This document shows, piece after piece, positions 1-7,858 of a stretch of 64,000 nucleotides of DNA. A program made the translations under genes and the position numbers. The stretch is taken from IMG/VR virus record IMGVR_UViG_3300035182_000695, positions 26,755 to 90,754 of that record; one strand, written 5' to 3'. Origin of the DNA: a virus (lineage: Duplodnaviria; Heunggongvirae; Uroviricota; Caudoviricetes). Each line of letters starts with the position of its first letter. Positions within the stretch are counted from its first letter, which is position 1. The notes under the pieces are model-generated. The model ran no database searches, was not told the origin of the DNA, and worked only from the letters and a program-made list of their open reading frames with translations.

Positions 1-119
1 ATAGAGTGTGGATTTGCGACTACTGTATGATGCCGCACGAAAGAGATGTCAACGCTGCAAAAAATATTAAACACTTCTGGCTTCGGAACAAGCCTGTAAA
101 CGCTAAAGTAATCCAGTAG
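1..119 (+). CDS. tnpB: C-terminal fragment of an IS200/IS605-family TnpB (OrfB); 5' part lies left of the window
   Basis: Frame 3 reads ...RVWICDYCMMPHERDVNAAKNIKHFWLRNKPVNAKVIQ*. CxxC...DRDVNAAxNI is the zinc-finger/RuvC-III tail of TnpB proteins; compare the C-terminus of the intact TnpB at 34665..35906 (CEACQLSLDRDLNAAINI). Confidence 0.55.
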   Translation, partial: RVWICDYCMMPHERDVNAAKNIKHFWLRNKPVNAKVIQ

Positions 120-180
120 GATACGCTTTGTTTATGAAATTTCATTTTGAAATAGTTCACTGGGTTAATTACGGCGATTA
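1..180 (+). mobile_element. Right part of an IS605-family (TnpB-only/IS1341-like) element, truncated by the window edge
   Basis: TnpB 3' end plus ~60 bp carrying small hairpins and the 9-mer ACGGCGATT (169-177). The same 9-mer recurs ~55 bp after the stop of the second TnpB (35958-35966), suggesting a shared right-end motif. Confidence 0.4.
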
Positions 181-196
181 ACTACAAATTTTAGCA

Positions 197-290
197 TTGT
201 TAATAACTATTTTCAAAATAAATTTGCAGGAATGAATTAATGTTGTACATTTGTGTAACATTTAAGTTAAACATCAGTAAAATCGAGACG
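197..290 (+). promoter_or_regulatory. Conserved promoter/leader element, copy 1 (Bacteroidota-type -33 TTTG, 19 bp spacer, -7 TACATTTG)
   Basis: TGTTAATAACTATTTTCAAAATAAATTTG(-33)...TACATTTG(-7) followed by conserved leader TGTAACATTTAAGTTAAACA. Near-identical copies at 8980, 14770, 21204 and 28130. Confidence 0.6.
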
Positions 291-291
291 A

Positions 292-1128
292 ATGAAATTC
301 TTAAAATTAAACAATTACAGTTTTTTATGCTTAGAATCAGAGAGTGATTTTTTAAAATTTGTTGCATTAAGTGAACAAACTAAAAGTAAACAATCTGCCT
401 ATTTTTGGTTCGGTTTCAAGAAGCATAATTTAAGAAAAACACCTATTGATTATGCGCAACATGAATTAAAAGCGGGTAATAGTATTGCTTACGCATTAAC
501 TCTTAAATTAGAGTACAAAAACTCAGAAACATCTATTGTTGACTATGCTAAAATGGCTGATACTATGATTAATGAGTTGCACGCTGCAATGAGTAGAATA
601 ATCGAAAGAGGTAAGTTTGTAAGAATAAACACTAGAGGCGGTTACTGCGATATTGATTCTTTTGAAAACTACGATGAAGTGAGGGACATTAATGAGCAAG
701 AAATGTATAGTTTTCTACTTTCAGGCGAAATTAATTCAGAGTTCAAAATAAACCGAAGCACGGTAGTTATTGAAAATGATAGCTATATACCTGCAAAGCT
801 TGTCGATTCGTTCTGTAATGCAACGAAAATGAATAAAAACGATATTCAAATAATTACATCTTTCAAATCAAAGTCTCTTTTGTTCAACGATTCTGATTTC
901 ATCAATTTTTTTGAACACGGCTTTGTTAACTGTAACCTTGCTAATATTGTTTTTGAAACAACGGCACAAGACTCAAATCAAATCCTTTCAATTAAGGCGA
1001 TACTTGAGAGCTGTATGAAGAAACGCTTAAATAAACAGCTAAATGTCTTTGTAATGACTTACGGCGAAAGTTCTAAACTACTATTCAATACTATTTTGCC
1101 AAACATTAAAATCACTTTTTTAAAATAA
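292..1128 (+). CDS. hypothetical protein, first gene after promoter copy 1
   Basis: 278-aa ORF directly downstream of the conserved leader; no motif recognised. Confidence 0.6.
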   Translation: MKFLKLNNYSFLCLESESDFLKFVALSEQTKSKQSAYFWFGFKKHNLRKTPIDYAQHELKAGNSIAYALTLKLEYKNSETSIVDYAKMADTMINELHAAMSRIIERGKFVRINTRGGYCDIDSFENYDEVRDINEQEMYSFLLSGEINSEFKINRSTVVIENDSYIPAKLVDSFCNATKMNKNDIQIITSFKSKSLLFNDSDFINFFEHGFVNCNLANIVFETTAQDSNQILSIKAILESCMKKRLNKQLNVFVMTYGESSKLLFNTILPNIKITFLK

Positions 1129-1134
1129 ACGAAA

Positions 1135-1731
1135 ATGGTAGATAATTTCGAGCAAATAAAGTCTTTATTAAAATTCGATAACGAAAACGAATTTTACTTC
1201 TTGCAAATCATTCAAAGAAAAAAAGACCATAAAGATTCTAACTTTAAATTAGGAATCTCAAACAATAACAGATTAATAAAAGCTTATTACATCTTTGAAG
1301 TTGAGCAGATAGATAAATACAAAACTGAGATAATCACACTATGCGAAACTTTTAACGCTAGAGCCGGAATCTGTTTGAACAGAAGAAACTCAAGAAAACT
1401 TTCACTTGAAATGATGAAGCTATTAGCCGACAACATTAGCAACAATCACTTTAATCAATTAGGTGGACTTTGGAATACTGTTTGCGGTCAATACAATCAC
1501 GATACCGATAAGAATTTGATAATTGATATTGATGATAAAAATTACGATGATTATGAACTGTTAAAGTTTATCAATAATCAACAGCCAGTAGGTAAGAAAT
1601 TAGTTTCAACGATTGAAAGTAAAAATGGATTTCATTTAATTGTAAAGCCGTTCGATTTAAGAACTTTTTCAGAATTGTTTCCTTTGTTTGAGATACACAA
1701 AAACAATCCTACAATTTTATACATTCCATAA
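1135..1731 (+). CDS. hypothetical protein
   Basis: 198-aa ORF in a compact same-strand array, 6 bp after the previous stop. Confidence 0.6.
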   Translation: MVDNFEQIKSLLKFDNENEFYFLQIIQRKKDHKDSNFKLGISNNNRLIKAYYIFEVEQIDKYKTEIITLCETFNARAGICLNRRNSRKLSLEMMKLLADNISNNHFNQLGGLWNTVCGQYNHDTDKNLIIDIDDKNYDDYELLKFINNQQPVGKKLVSTIESKNGFHLIVKPFDLRTFSELFPLFEIHKNNPTILYIP

Positions 1732-1896
1732 TGAAAAACTCAGATAGAATAAAACAGAATATATCAAAAGAGCCTGTAAAAGTTTTAAACTACGCTTACG
1801 GAATGTATGTTGCTCGTAGAACTTATAAGAAAAATATTTTTAAAAGCTTTGAGGATTATTTAATGAAACAGTTTAACGCATTTATGTATTAAGATT

Positions 1897-2115
1897 ATGG
1901 AAGTAAAAATTGGTTCAATATTAGTTGCAAAACAAGTTTGTAAAATGAAAGATGGTAGTGGCGACGCATTAATTATAGACAAGGAATACCCTGTCAAATT
2001 CATCACGCCTCAAAAAGAAATTTGCATTGATTCAGAAACAGATGAGAATCATCGTTTTGACACCGAAGAAGATTCGCATTACTACTACGGCTTATATTTT
2101 AATTTAAAAAAATAA
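1897..2115 (+). CDS. small hypothetical protein, tandem paralog A1
   Basis: 72 aa; C-terminus ...HYYYGLYFNLKK resembles the next ORF (...HKHYYGQYFKIK). Both begin with a Cys-containing N-terminus. Confidence 0.5.
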   Translation: MEVKIGSILVAKQVCKMKDGSGDALIIDKEYPVKFITPQKEICIDSETDENHRFDTEEDSHYYYGLYFNLKK

Positions 2116-2120
2116 AAACT

Positions 2121-2345
2121 ATGCAAAAAGGCACTACACTAATAGCAACAACGAACTGTGAAATGAAACACATTAGCAGAGCAAACGCCTTAGTTGAAGG
2201 TAAAGAGTATTTAGTTAAGGAATATAATCCAGGAAATAATATTGTTATTGAATCTGAGATTGCGATGGAACATTATTTCTTTTTAAAACCCGAACACAAA
2301 CACTATTACGGTCAATACTTTAAAATAAAATCAAATGAAGCCTAA
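2121..2345 (+). CDS. small hypothetical protein, tandem paralog A2
   Basis: 74 aa; paralogous to 1897..2115. Confidence 0.5.
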   Translation: MQKGTTLIATTNCEMKHISRANALVEGKEYLVKEYNPGNNIVIESEIAMEHYFFLKPEHKHYYGQYFKIKSNEA

Positions 2346-2730
2346 TTTTGAAGACATAAACTACAACAGCGATGTCATTTGTTGGGGACATGGAAACAAT
2401 TTAGTTGGACCAAATTTAATTGCATCTATTAGATTAAAGCCAGAATCAAAAAAAGAGATTGATGCACGAAAAAAAGACATTGAAGCTGCGAAGAAAATTT
2501 ATACAGAAAATATAAATCGTGGCGTAAAATTCATACCAAAAGGAGATAATGCGATTAAAGGAATTTCAGCTAAAATAATTTTCATTAACAGTAGAACTAA
2601 TACAGTTACTTGGATTCAAGAGCTAACTGAAAAACAAACTCAATTAGGTTACAAGCCTGCAAGCGGAAGATGGAATATTTCTGCTGTTATCAAAATGGTA
2701 AAAGAAAATAGAATAGAATTTTTAAAATAA
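2335..2730 (+). CDS. hypothetical protein
   Basis: 131-aa ORF whose start overlaps the previous stop. Confidence 0.55.
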   Translation: MKPNFEDINYNSDVICWGHGNNLVGPNLIASIRLKPESKKEIDARKKDIEAAKKIYTENINRGVKFIPKGDNAIKGISAKIIFINSRTNTVTWIQELTEKQTQLGYKPASGRWNISAVIKMVKENRIEFLK

Positions 2731-2736
2731 ATAATT

Positions 2737-3036
2737 ATGCACAAAGTACAAGAAAAATTAAGAGTATCGCATTTCGCACAATTACCTTGCAAGCCTTTCA
2801 CGGTTGAAGTTGCAGATGAAATTGAAGCTAATAAAATTATGAACATTTTAGCTAACCAGCATTTGTTCTTATTTGAACAAAAAATAATTCCCGACTATGC
2901 TAACGCAATTACTATTGAGATGTACGCAGAAGATTCTGACGGAGACGGAAATCCAGGCTGGTGCGATTACTTCAATGATGTAGAGGGAATGGATTGGGAT
3001 GAATTTAAAGATGAATATTTAACCGAAGATAAATAA
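2737..3036 (+). CDS. hypothetical acidic protein
   Basis: 99-aa ORF with a D/E-rich C-terminus. Confidence 0.5.
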   Translation: MHKVQEKLRVSHFAQLPCKPFTVEVADEIEANKIMNILANQHLFLFEQKIIPDYANAITIEMYAEDSDGDGNPGWCDYFNDVEGMDWDEFKDEYLTEDK

Positions 3037-3491
3037 TGAATACTAAAGAGAAAAAATTAGCTTCCGTCTTATTAGATATGGCAAGCTCAGAATTCGGGCA
3101 TCACGGCTGCAATGATGTAGATGAGAAAATATACGAAGGCTGGTCAATTGAAGAGCGTAGGGCGTTAGTTAAAGCGTTTCACGAATATAATGGCGACCCT
3201 CAAGAGTATGACGAAAATCATTTGCATATACCTGATTTTGCGTTAATGGGATTCTTCTCTGATAAACTTGAAAAAGAAAATCAAATCGATGTTGATTTAC
3301 CGACTGATTATATTACTGTTGATAGAATGTCTTCTTATAGCTTACTGAGAGATTACTTATTGCCTGACGACAAGAATATTGTTTTAAAAAACAGTAACGG
3401 TTCTGTAAACGGAGAGATGACAGAAGCATTAAGAGAGTTAGGAATATTGAATAAAAGAAAGTACGAGCTATTAGCTAAATTCAGAAAATAA
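3036..3491 (+). CDS. hypothetical protein
   Basis: 151-aa ORF; stop/start overlap ATGA with the neighbours. Confidence 0.55.
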   Translation: MNTKEKKLASVLLDMASSEFGHHGCNDVDEKIYEGWSIEERRALVKAFHEYNGDPQEYDENHLHIPDFALMGFFSDKLEKENQIDVDLPTDYITVDRMSSYSLLRDYLLPDDKNIVLKNSNGSVNGEMTEALRELGILNKRKYELLAKFRK

Positions 3492-3847
3492 TGGAACATT
3501 TATTCATACCATACGCATTATCAGTTACCGCAAAAGAAAAAGGATTTAACGCTGAGTGTTTTGGAATTCATACCGAAAATGGAATTTGGACTGTTCCAAC
3601 TACATCACAAACGCACTTCGATAATCAATTGTGTTCTGCGCCTATTTACCAACAGATAGTTGATTGGTTAGATGATAAGCATAAATTAAGAATTATTTTT
3701 TCGAGCTGTAAAACAAGTGGCAAATACAGGTACGATATAATTCAATTTGTAGGTGACAAATGGATTGGAGATTATAATTTAATTTCTTTTTATGACAGAA
3801 CGGAAATGAAAATCAAAGCTATACAAGAAGCACTAAAACTAATATAA
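3491..3847 (+). CDS. hypothetical protein, YQQIVDWL-family paralog 1
   Basis: 118 aa; MEHLFIPYALSVTAKEKGFN...APIYQQIVDWLDDKHKL. Member of a four-copy family with 3852, 10257 and 22442. Confidence 0.6.
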   Translation: MEHLFIPYALSVTAKEKGFNAECFGIHTENGIWTVPTTSQTHFDNQLCSAPIYQQIVDWLDDKHKLRIIFSSCKTSGKYRYDIIQFVGDKWIGDYNLISFYDRTEMKIKAIQEALKLI

Positions 3848-3851
3848 TACT

Positions 3852-4184
3852 ATGATAGAATTATTTGTACCGTATGATTTAGCATTATTAGCTAAAGAAA
3901 AAGGATTTAACTATAAAGTTATTGCAACATTCAACGCAGACAAAACAATACGTTTGTTTGACTACCAAATAGAGCGAAGTTCCGCATTAATCGCTCCTAT
4001 GTTTCAACAAATCGTTGATTGGTTAAGAACCAAGCACGAACTATACATAACTCAAGAGCCACACAAAGACGGTCAGTATTCGTTCTATTGTCAAACAGAA
4101 AACGGAATGATTGAAACTTATGGAGAGTATTACGAAGCGTTAAATGAAATGTTAACTGATATTTTAAAAATAACAATTAAATAG
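3852..4184 (+). CDS. hypothetical protein, YQQIVDWL-family paralog 2
   Basis: 110 aa; MIELFVPYDLALLAKEKGFN...APMFQQIVDWLRTKHEL. Tandem to paralog 1. Confidence 0.6.
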   Translation: MIELFVPYDLALLAKEKGFNYKVIATFNADKTIRLFDYQIERSSALIAPMFQQIVDWLRTKHELYITQEPHKDGQYSFYCQTENGMIETYGEYYEALNEMLTDILKITIK

Positions 4185-4185
4185 A

Positions 4186-4380
4186 ATGGCTAAGTTTAAA
4201 AATAATAAAACGGCAGATGAATACGCAATGCAATTTCATAATTGGTGCAACAAACTAACATCTGATAAAAACCCCAACTGCTTTGTTAAACTAACAAGCT
4301 TTGCCACTATACATCAAATTAAACCAACTGGAGCATTATTAGAAATTTTTAAAAAAGAAGTTTATGAAAGACAAAACTAG
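4186..4380 (+). CDS. small hypothetical protein
   Basis: 64-aa ORF in the array. Confidence 0.4.
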   Translation: MAKFKNNKTADEYAMQFHNWCNKLTSDKNPNCFVKLTSFATIHQIKPTGALLEIFKKEVYERQN

Positions 4381-4696
4381 AATACAAGTATTTTGCGGTC
4401 AAACTATTGAAACTTTCTGCAATAGAGAGCTTCATCCTGTGAATGAAGTGAAGAGAGCTATTAATCTTACAAGTTCTTTAATGGGAGGTGGACAACTTAA
4501 AGTTTACACGAATAGTCCTAATTTCGTTATGGCTATTAAAGCTTTGGCCGATAAACACGAAATTAATATTGAATTTTTCTTAAACAATGTAAGTCAAGGA
4601 AGAGACATTGAAGCCATATTTGGAGACTTTAATTCTTCTTTTACATTATTAGAAGAAATATGCGGTTACATAACAGAAAAACCTGATAAAAATTAA
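4364..4696 (+). CDS. hypothetical protein
   Basis: 110-aa ORF. Confidence 0.5.
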   Translation: MKDKTRIQVFCGQTIETFCNRELHPVNEVKRAINLTSSLMGGGQLKVYTNSPNFVMAIKALADKHEINIEFFLNNVSQGRDIEAIFGDFNSSFTLLEEICGYITEKPDKN

Positions 4697-4706
4697 AATA
4701 AAAACT

Positions 4707-5051
4707 ATGCAAGATAATTTTTTCACAAGATTATTTTCTTCTAAAAAGAAAGTAACTGCAACAGAGCCTAAAGAAGGCGAAACTGAATTCACATTTATTT
4801 GGTTTAAAAAAATGATTAACGGCTCAACAACTCACTACACACAGCCGTTCAGAACAAAAGTGTTTGCGAAGACAAGAGACGAAGCAAAGAAAAAAGTTTC
4901 AGACTTCGCACTTCAAAGAATGACTCTGGTTGTTGTCGATGAAGACTCTTATAAAGCGCAAGAGATTTATAAAATGCGTGATGAGTTTGACAAAATGAAT
5001 AAAGAGTTTGATAGGGTTTTTAAAGAAATGGATAACGAATTTAAAAAATAA
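4707..5051 (+). CDS. hypothetical protein
   Basis: 114-aa ORF. Confidence 0.5.
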   Translation: MQDNFFTRLFSSKKKVTATEPKEGETEFTFIWFKKMINGSTTHYTQPFRTKVFAKTRDEAKKKVSDFALQRMTLVVVDEDSYKAQEIYKMRDEFDKMNKEFDRVFKEMDNEFKK

Positions 5052-5057
5052 ATAATT

Positions 5058-6086
5058 ATGCAACAAGAAAGAAAACTAGCATCGATTCAAAAAATCACAG
5101 CACTCAGAGAAATTCCAAACGCCGATAACATTGAGTGCGCAACAATACTTGGCTGGCAAGTAGTAGTACAAAAAGGAGAATTTAAAGTAGGTGATTTTGC
5201 TATCTATTGCGAGATTGATTCTTTAATTCCGGACATTGAAATATTTTCATTCTTGAAAAAGATGACGAATGATACAATGAGAATTCGCACCGTTCGTATG
5301 CGTGGACAAGTTTCACAAGGTATTTGCTTTCCATTAAGCTTTCTTAAAAACTTCACATTAACTACTGATGTTTATGAGGGTGTAGATGTAACGTCTATAC
5401 TTGGAATTATAAAATACGAAGATGAAATTCCTGCCGAGTTATTAGGTAGCGCAAAAGGATATATGCCCGCAGATATTCCTAAGTCAAGCATACTAAGAGT
5501 TCAAACAATGCAAGAGGTTCTTAATAAATATCAAGGTACTCTTTGTTATGAATCTGAAAAGCTTGACGGAGAATCAATAACTATGTATTTGAAAAATTCA
5601 GAGTTTGGCGTTTGTTCAAAAGTTGTTGACTTCTTTGAATCTGAAAAATCAATTCATTGGCAGATTGCTAGAGCTATAAACGCAGAAGAGAAACTAAAAA
5701 AATTATGCGATAGTAAATTTCGCAACTTCTCTATGCAAGGCGAAATGATTGGAGAAGGCATCAAAGGAAATAAATACAAAATAAAAGGCAGAAAAGTAAT
5801 GTTCTACAACATATTCAATATTGATGAGCATCGCTATCTTAATTTTGAAGAGTTTGAAAACACATTAAAAGCTTTAGGATTAGAAAGTGTTCCTATCATA
5901 AACAGAAACTTGCCTTTACCGACAGATATTGAAGAGCTTGTAAAGCTTTCTAACGGACGCTCGTTGATTTATGACACTAAGCGAGAGGGAGTTGTTATAA
6001 CGCCGCTAGAAGAGATAAATGATATGGTTGGTCGTGTTATTTTCAAAGTAATCAGTCCTGAATTTTTATTAAAGCACGGAGAATAA
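5058..6086 (+). CDS. ATP-dependent polynucleotide ligase, RNA-ligase-like (Rnl5/DRB0094- or NgrRnl-like architecture)
   Basis: 342 aa; nucleotidyltransferase motif I KLDGES (lysine-adenylate), downstream EGIKG (motif IV-like) and K-rich motif V region. An ~165-aa N-terminal domain precedes KxDG (ATILGWQVVVQKGEFKVGDFAIYCEIDS), as in N-terminal-domain RNA ligases. Confidence 0.5.
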   Translation: MQQERKLASIQKITALREIPNADNIECATILGWQVVVQKGEFKVGDFAIYCEIDSLIPDIEIFSFLKKMTNDTMRIRTVRMRGQVSQGICFPLSFLKNFTLTTDVYEGVDVTSILGIIKYEDEIPAELLGSAKGYMPADIPKSSILRVQTMQEVLNKYQGTLCYESEKLDGESITMYLKNSEFGVCSKVVDFFESEKSIHWQIARAINAEEKLKKLCDSKFRNFSMQGEMIGEGIKGNKYKIKGRKVMFYNIFNIDEHRYLNFEEFENTLKALGLESVPIINRNLPLPTDIEELVKLSNGRSLIYDTKREGVVITPLEEINDMVGRVIFKVISPEFLLKHGE

Positions 6087-6589
6087 TGATACAAAGAGTA
6101 GAAGATGTAAAGCGTCCTTTAAAGATTGGCGAGAGATATATAGTTCCTTGCATAATAAAAGAGTCATTCAATGGAATTACAAAAGACTTGCTAATAATAC
6201 CCGTAATAAACAAGCCGCATAGCGATAAGGAGAATGGACAAAGCGAAATTCATTACCATATTGATACTAGATTTATCGACACTACTAATAGCTACTTCAA
6301 AGATAGAGAAGATGTTTCTATGTCTTTGGATAGTTTTAATTCAAGGCCTCAAAATAAAATAGATGGCATTTTTGATAGATTTGTTTTACCTGTTTTCAAC
6401 GAGACTTTTGGCAACGCTACTCCGAGTTCATTAGTGAGAAACTCAAAACTAAAACATAAATGTATTCACAAAGGAAAGTGTCCACACAGAGGAATGGATT
6501 TGTCTCAAGTTGAGCCTGTTGATGGAGTAATTACTTGCCCTCTTCACTCACTTCAATTTGACGCAAAAACTAAACAATTAAAAAAATAA
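6086..6589 (+). CDS. Rieske-type [2Fe-2S] motif protein, paralog 1
   Basis: 167 aa; C-terminal CPHRGMDLSQVEPVDGVITCPLH = CxH-x16-CxxH Rieske signature. Translationally coupled to the ligase (TAATG). Paralog of 20676..21191. Confidence 0.5.
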   Translation: MIQRVEDVKRPLKIGERYIVPCIIKESFNGITKDLLIIPVINKPHSDKENGQSEIHYHIDTRFIDTTNSYFKDREDVSMSLDSFNSRPQNKIDGIFDRFVLPVFNETFGNATPSSLVRNSKLKHKCIHKGKCPHRGMDLSQVEPVDGVITCPLHSLQFDAKTKQLKK

Positions 6590-6591
6590 GT

Positions 6592-7857
6592 ATGTTCGAG
6601 TCAATCAAAAACAAAACAATCTTTGCGAATAAGTATAAAGCGCATCCCGAAGCGATAATCATTTCTTGCTTTTTCAATCCAACAAAATCACCATACAGAA
6701 CAAAGGCGTTCAATATTTTCAGACGAAGTATAAAGCACTTGAATCATAAAATAATTGAATGCGTTATCGGTGATGCTACTCCTGAGTTAGAAGAGAGCGC
6801 AAATGTAAAAAGAGTTTACACACAAAACTTATTGTGGCATAAAGAATCTCTTCTTAATAATGTAATTGCAGAGTTGCCTAAAAAATACAAGTATGTTTTT
6901 TGGGTTGATGCTGATGTTATTTTCACTAACTTGAATTGGATTGTTGATGGTGTGGAAGAATTAAAACATAACAATATCATACAGCCGTTCGAGCATTGTG
7001 TTCACTTAGACAGAGATGAAATAGAGCCTTCTTTTGATATGAGTAGAGTAATTTATCATAAATTTCCAAATAGATTAAATGATAAAGTTTGGAGGAGCTT
7101 CTGCGCTAACTTTGCAACTGGCTTATCTTACAAGTCTGAAAATTATAATGAACATGGACACGTTGGCTTTGCTTGGGGAGCAAGAAGAGGTGTTTTAGAT
7201 AGAGTTCCTTTATATGATAGGGCATTGATTGGCGGCGCTGACCACATTATGGCTCACGCAGCAGCAGGGCAAATTGGTTGTAGTTGTATTGCTAAATCAT
7301 TTACTGATGACATAGATGAAGTAAAAAAATGGTCTTATGATTTTTATACGGTAGTTAACAAAGAGATTAGCTATGTTAAAGGTTCGCTATATCATATTTG
7401 GCATGGCGATATTGAAAAGCGTGAATACTTAAAGCGTGTGCAAGACTTTACAGCTAAAACAAAAAACATTACTGAGAAAGATGCTAACGGCTTGTATGTT
7501 ACCGCTGACAAAGATAACGAAACATATATGAAAAATTATTTCAATCATAGAGAAGTTACGCCGAGAGAGTATGCAAGAGAAAAACGCAAAGAACAAACTG
7601 ATTCAATGAAAAAAAATATTGAGCCTCAGAAAGATGATAATTTTATGCAATCAGTAGCAATGGGATATGTTACAGACTCAACTATTCTAGGAACTGTATT
7701 AGGTGGAAATCCTTTAGGTGCGGCATTAGGAGATATGCTTAACGATTCTGACAACTCAAAACATTCTAACGATGAGCAACCTACAATCGAACACAATCAT
7801 TCTAATCACAATGATACTTTGAGTACTGGCGAAACTTATCAAAATAATTTTTCATAA
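6592..7857 (+). CDS. putative GT-A fold glycosyltransferase with a low-complexity C-terminal tail
   Basis: 421 aa; N-terminal IIISCFFNP (GT2-like Rossmann start) and DxD motif in FWVDADVIF. C-terminal ~90 aa rich in N/D/S/H. Confidence 0.4.
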   Translation: MFESIKNKTIFANKYKAHPEAIIISCFFNPTKSPYRTKAFNIFRRSIKHLNHKIIECVIGDATPELEESANVKRVYTQNLLWHKESLLNNVIAELPKKYKYVFWVDADVIFTNLNWIVDGVEELKHNNIIQPFEHCVHLDRDEIEPSFDMSRVIYHKFPNRLNDKVWRSFCANFATGLSYKSENYNEHGHVGFAWGARRGVLDRVPLYDRALIGGADHIMAHAAAGQIGCSCIAKSFTDDIDEVKKWSYDFYTVVNKEISYVKGSLYHIWHGDIEKREYLKRVQDFTAKTKNITEKDANGLYVTADKDNETYMKNYFNHREVTPREYAREKRKEQTDSMKKNIEPQKDDNFMQSVAMGYVTDSTILGTVLGGNPLGAALGDMLNDSDNSKHSNDEQPTIEHNHSNHNDTLSTGETYQNNFS

Positions 7858-7858
7858 A

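Noticed and set aside
2649-2846. Antisense track ORFs embedded in plus-strand genes: 2649..2846, 11319..11540, 12202..12399, 12293..12586, 12867..13109, 14218..14424, 14901..15083, 18401..18610, 22887..23081, 23293..23478, 23911..24117, 25537..25737, 28964..29308, 29898..30236, 30362..30568, 31140..31340, 31922..32125, 33082..33279, 34209..34394, 35231..35940 group, 37507..37776, 38488..38819 group
   Set aside because: Each lies wholly inside a longer, well-packed ORF on the transcribed strand of a unidirectional module. They show low-complexity composition and no start or leader context. Judged to be chance frames in AT-rich DNA.
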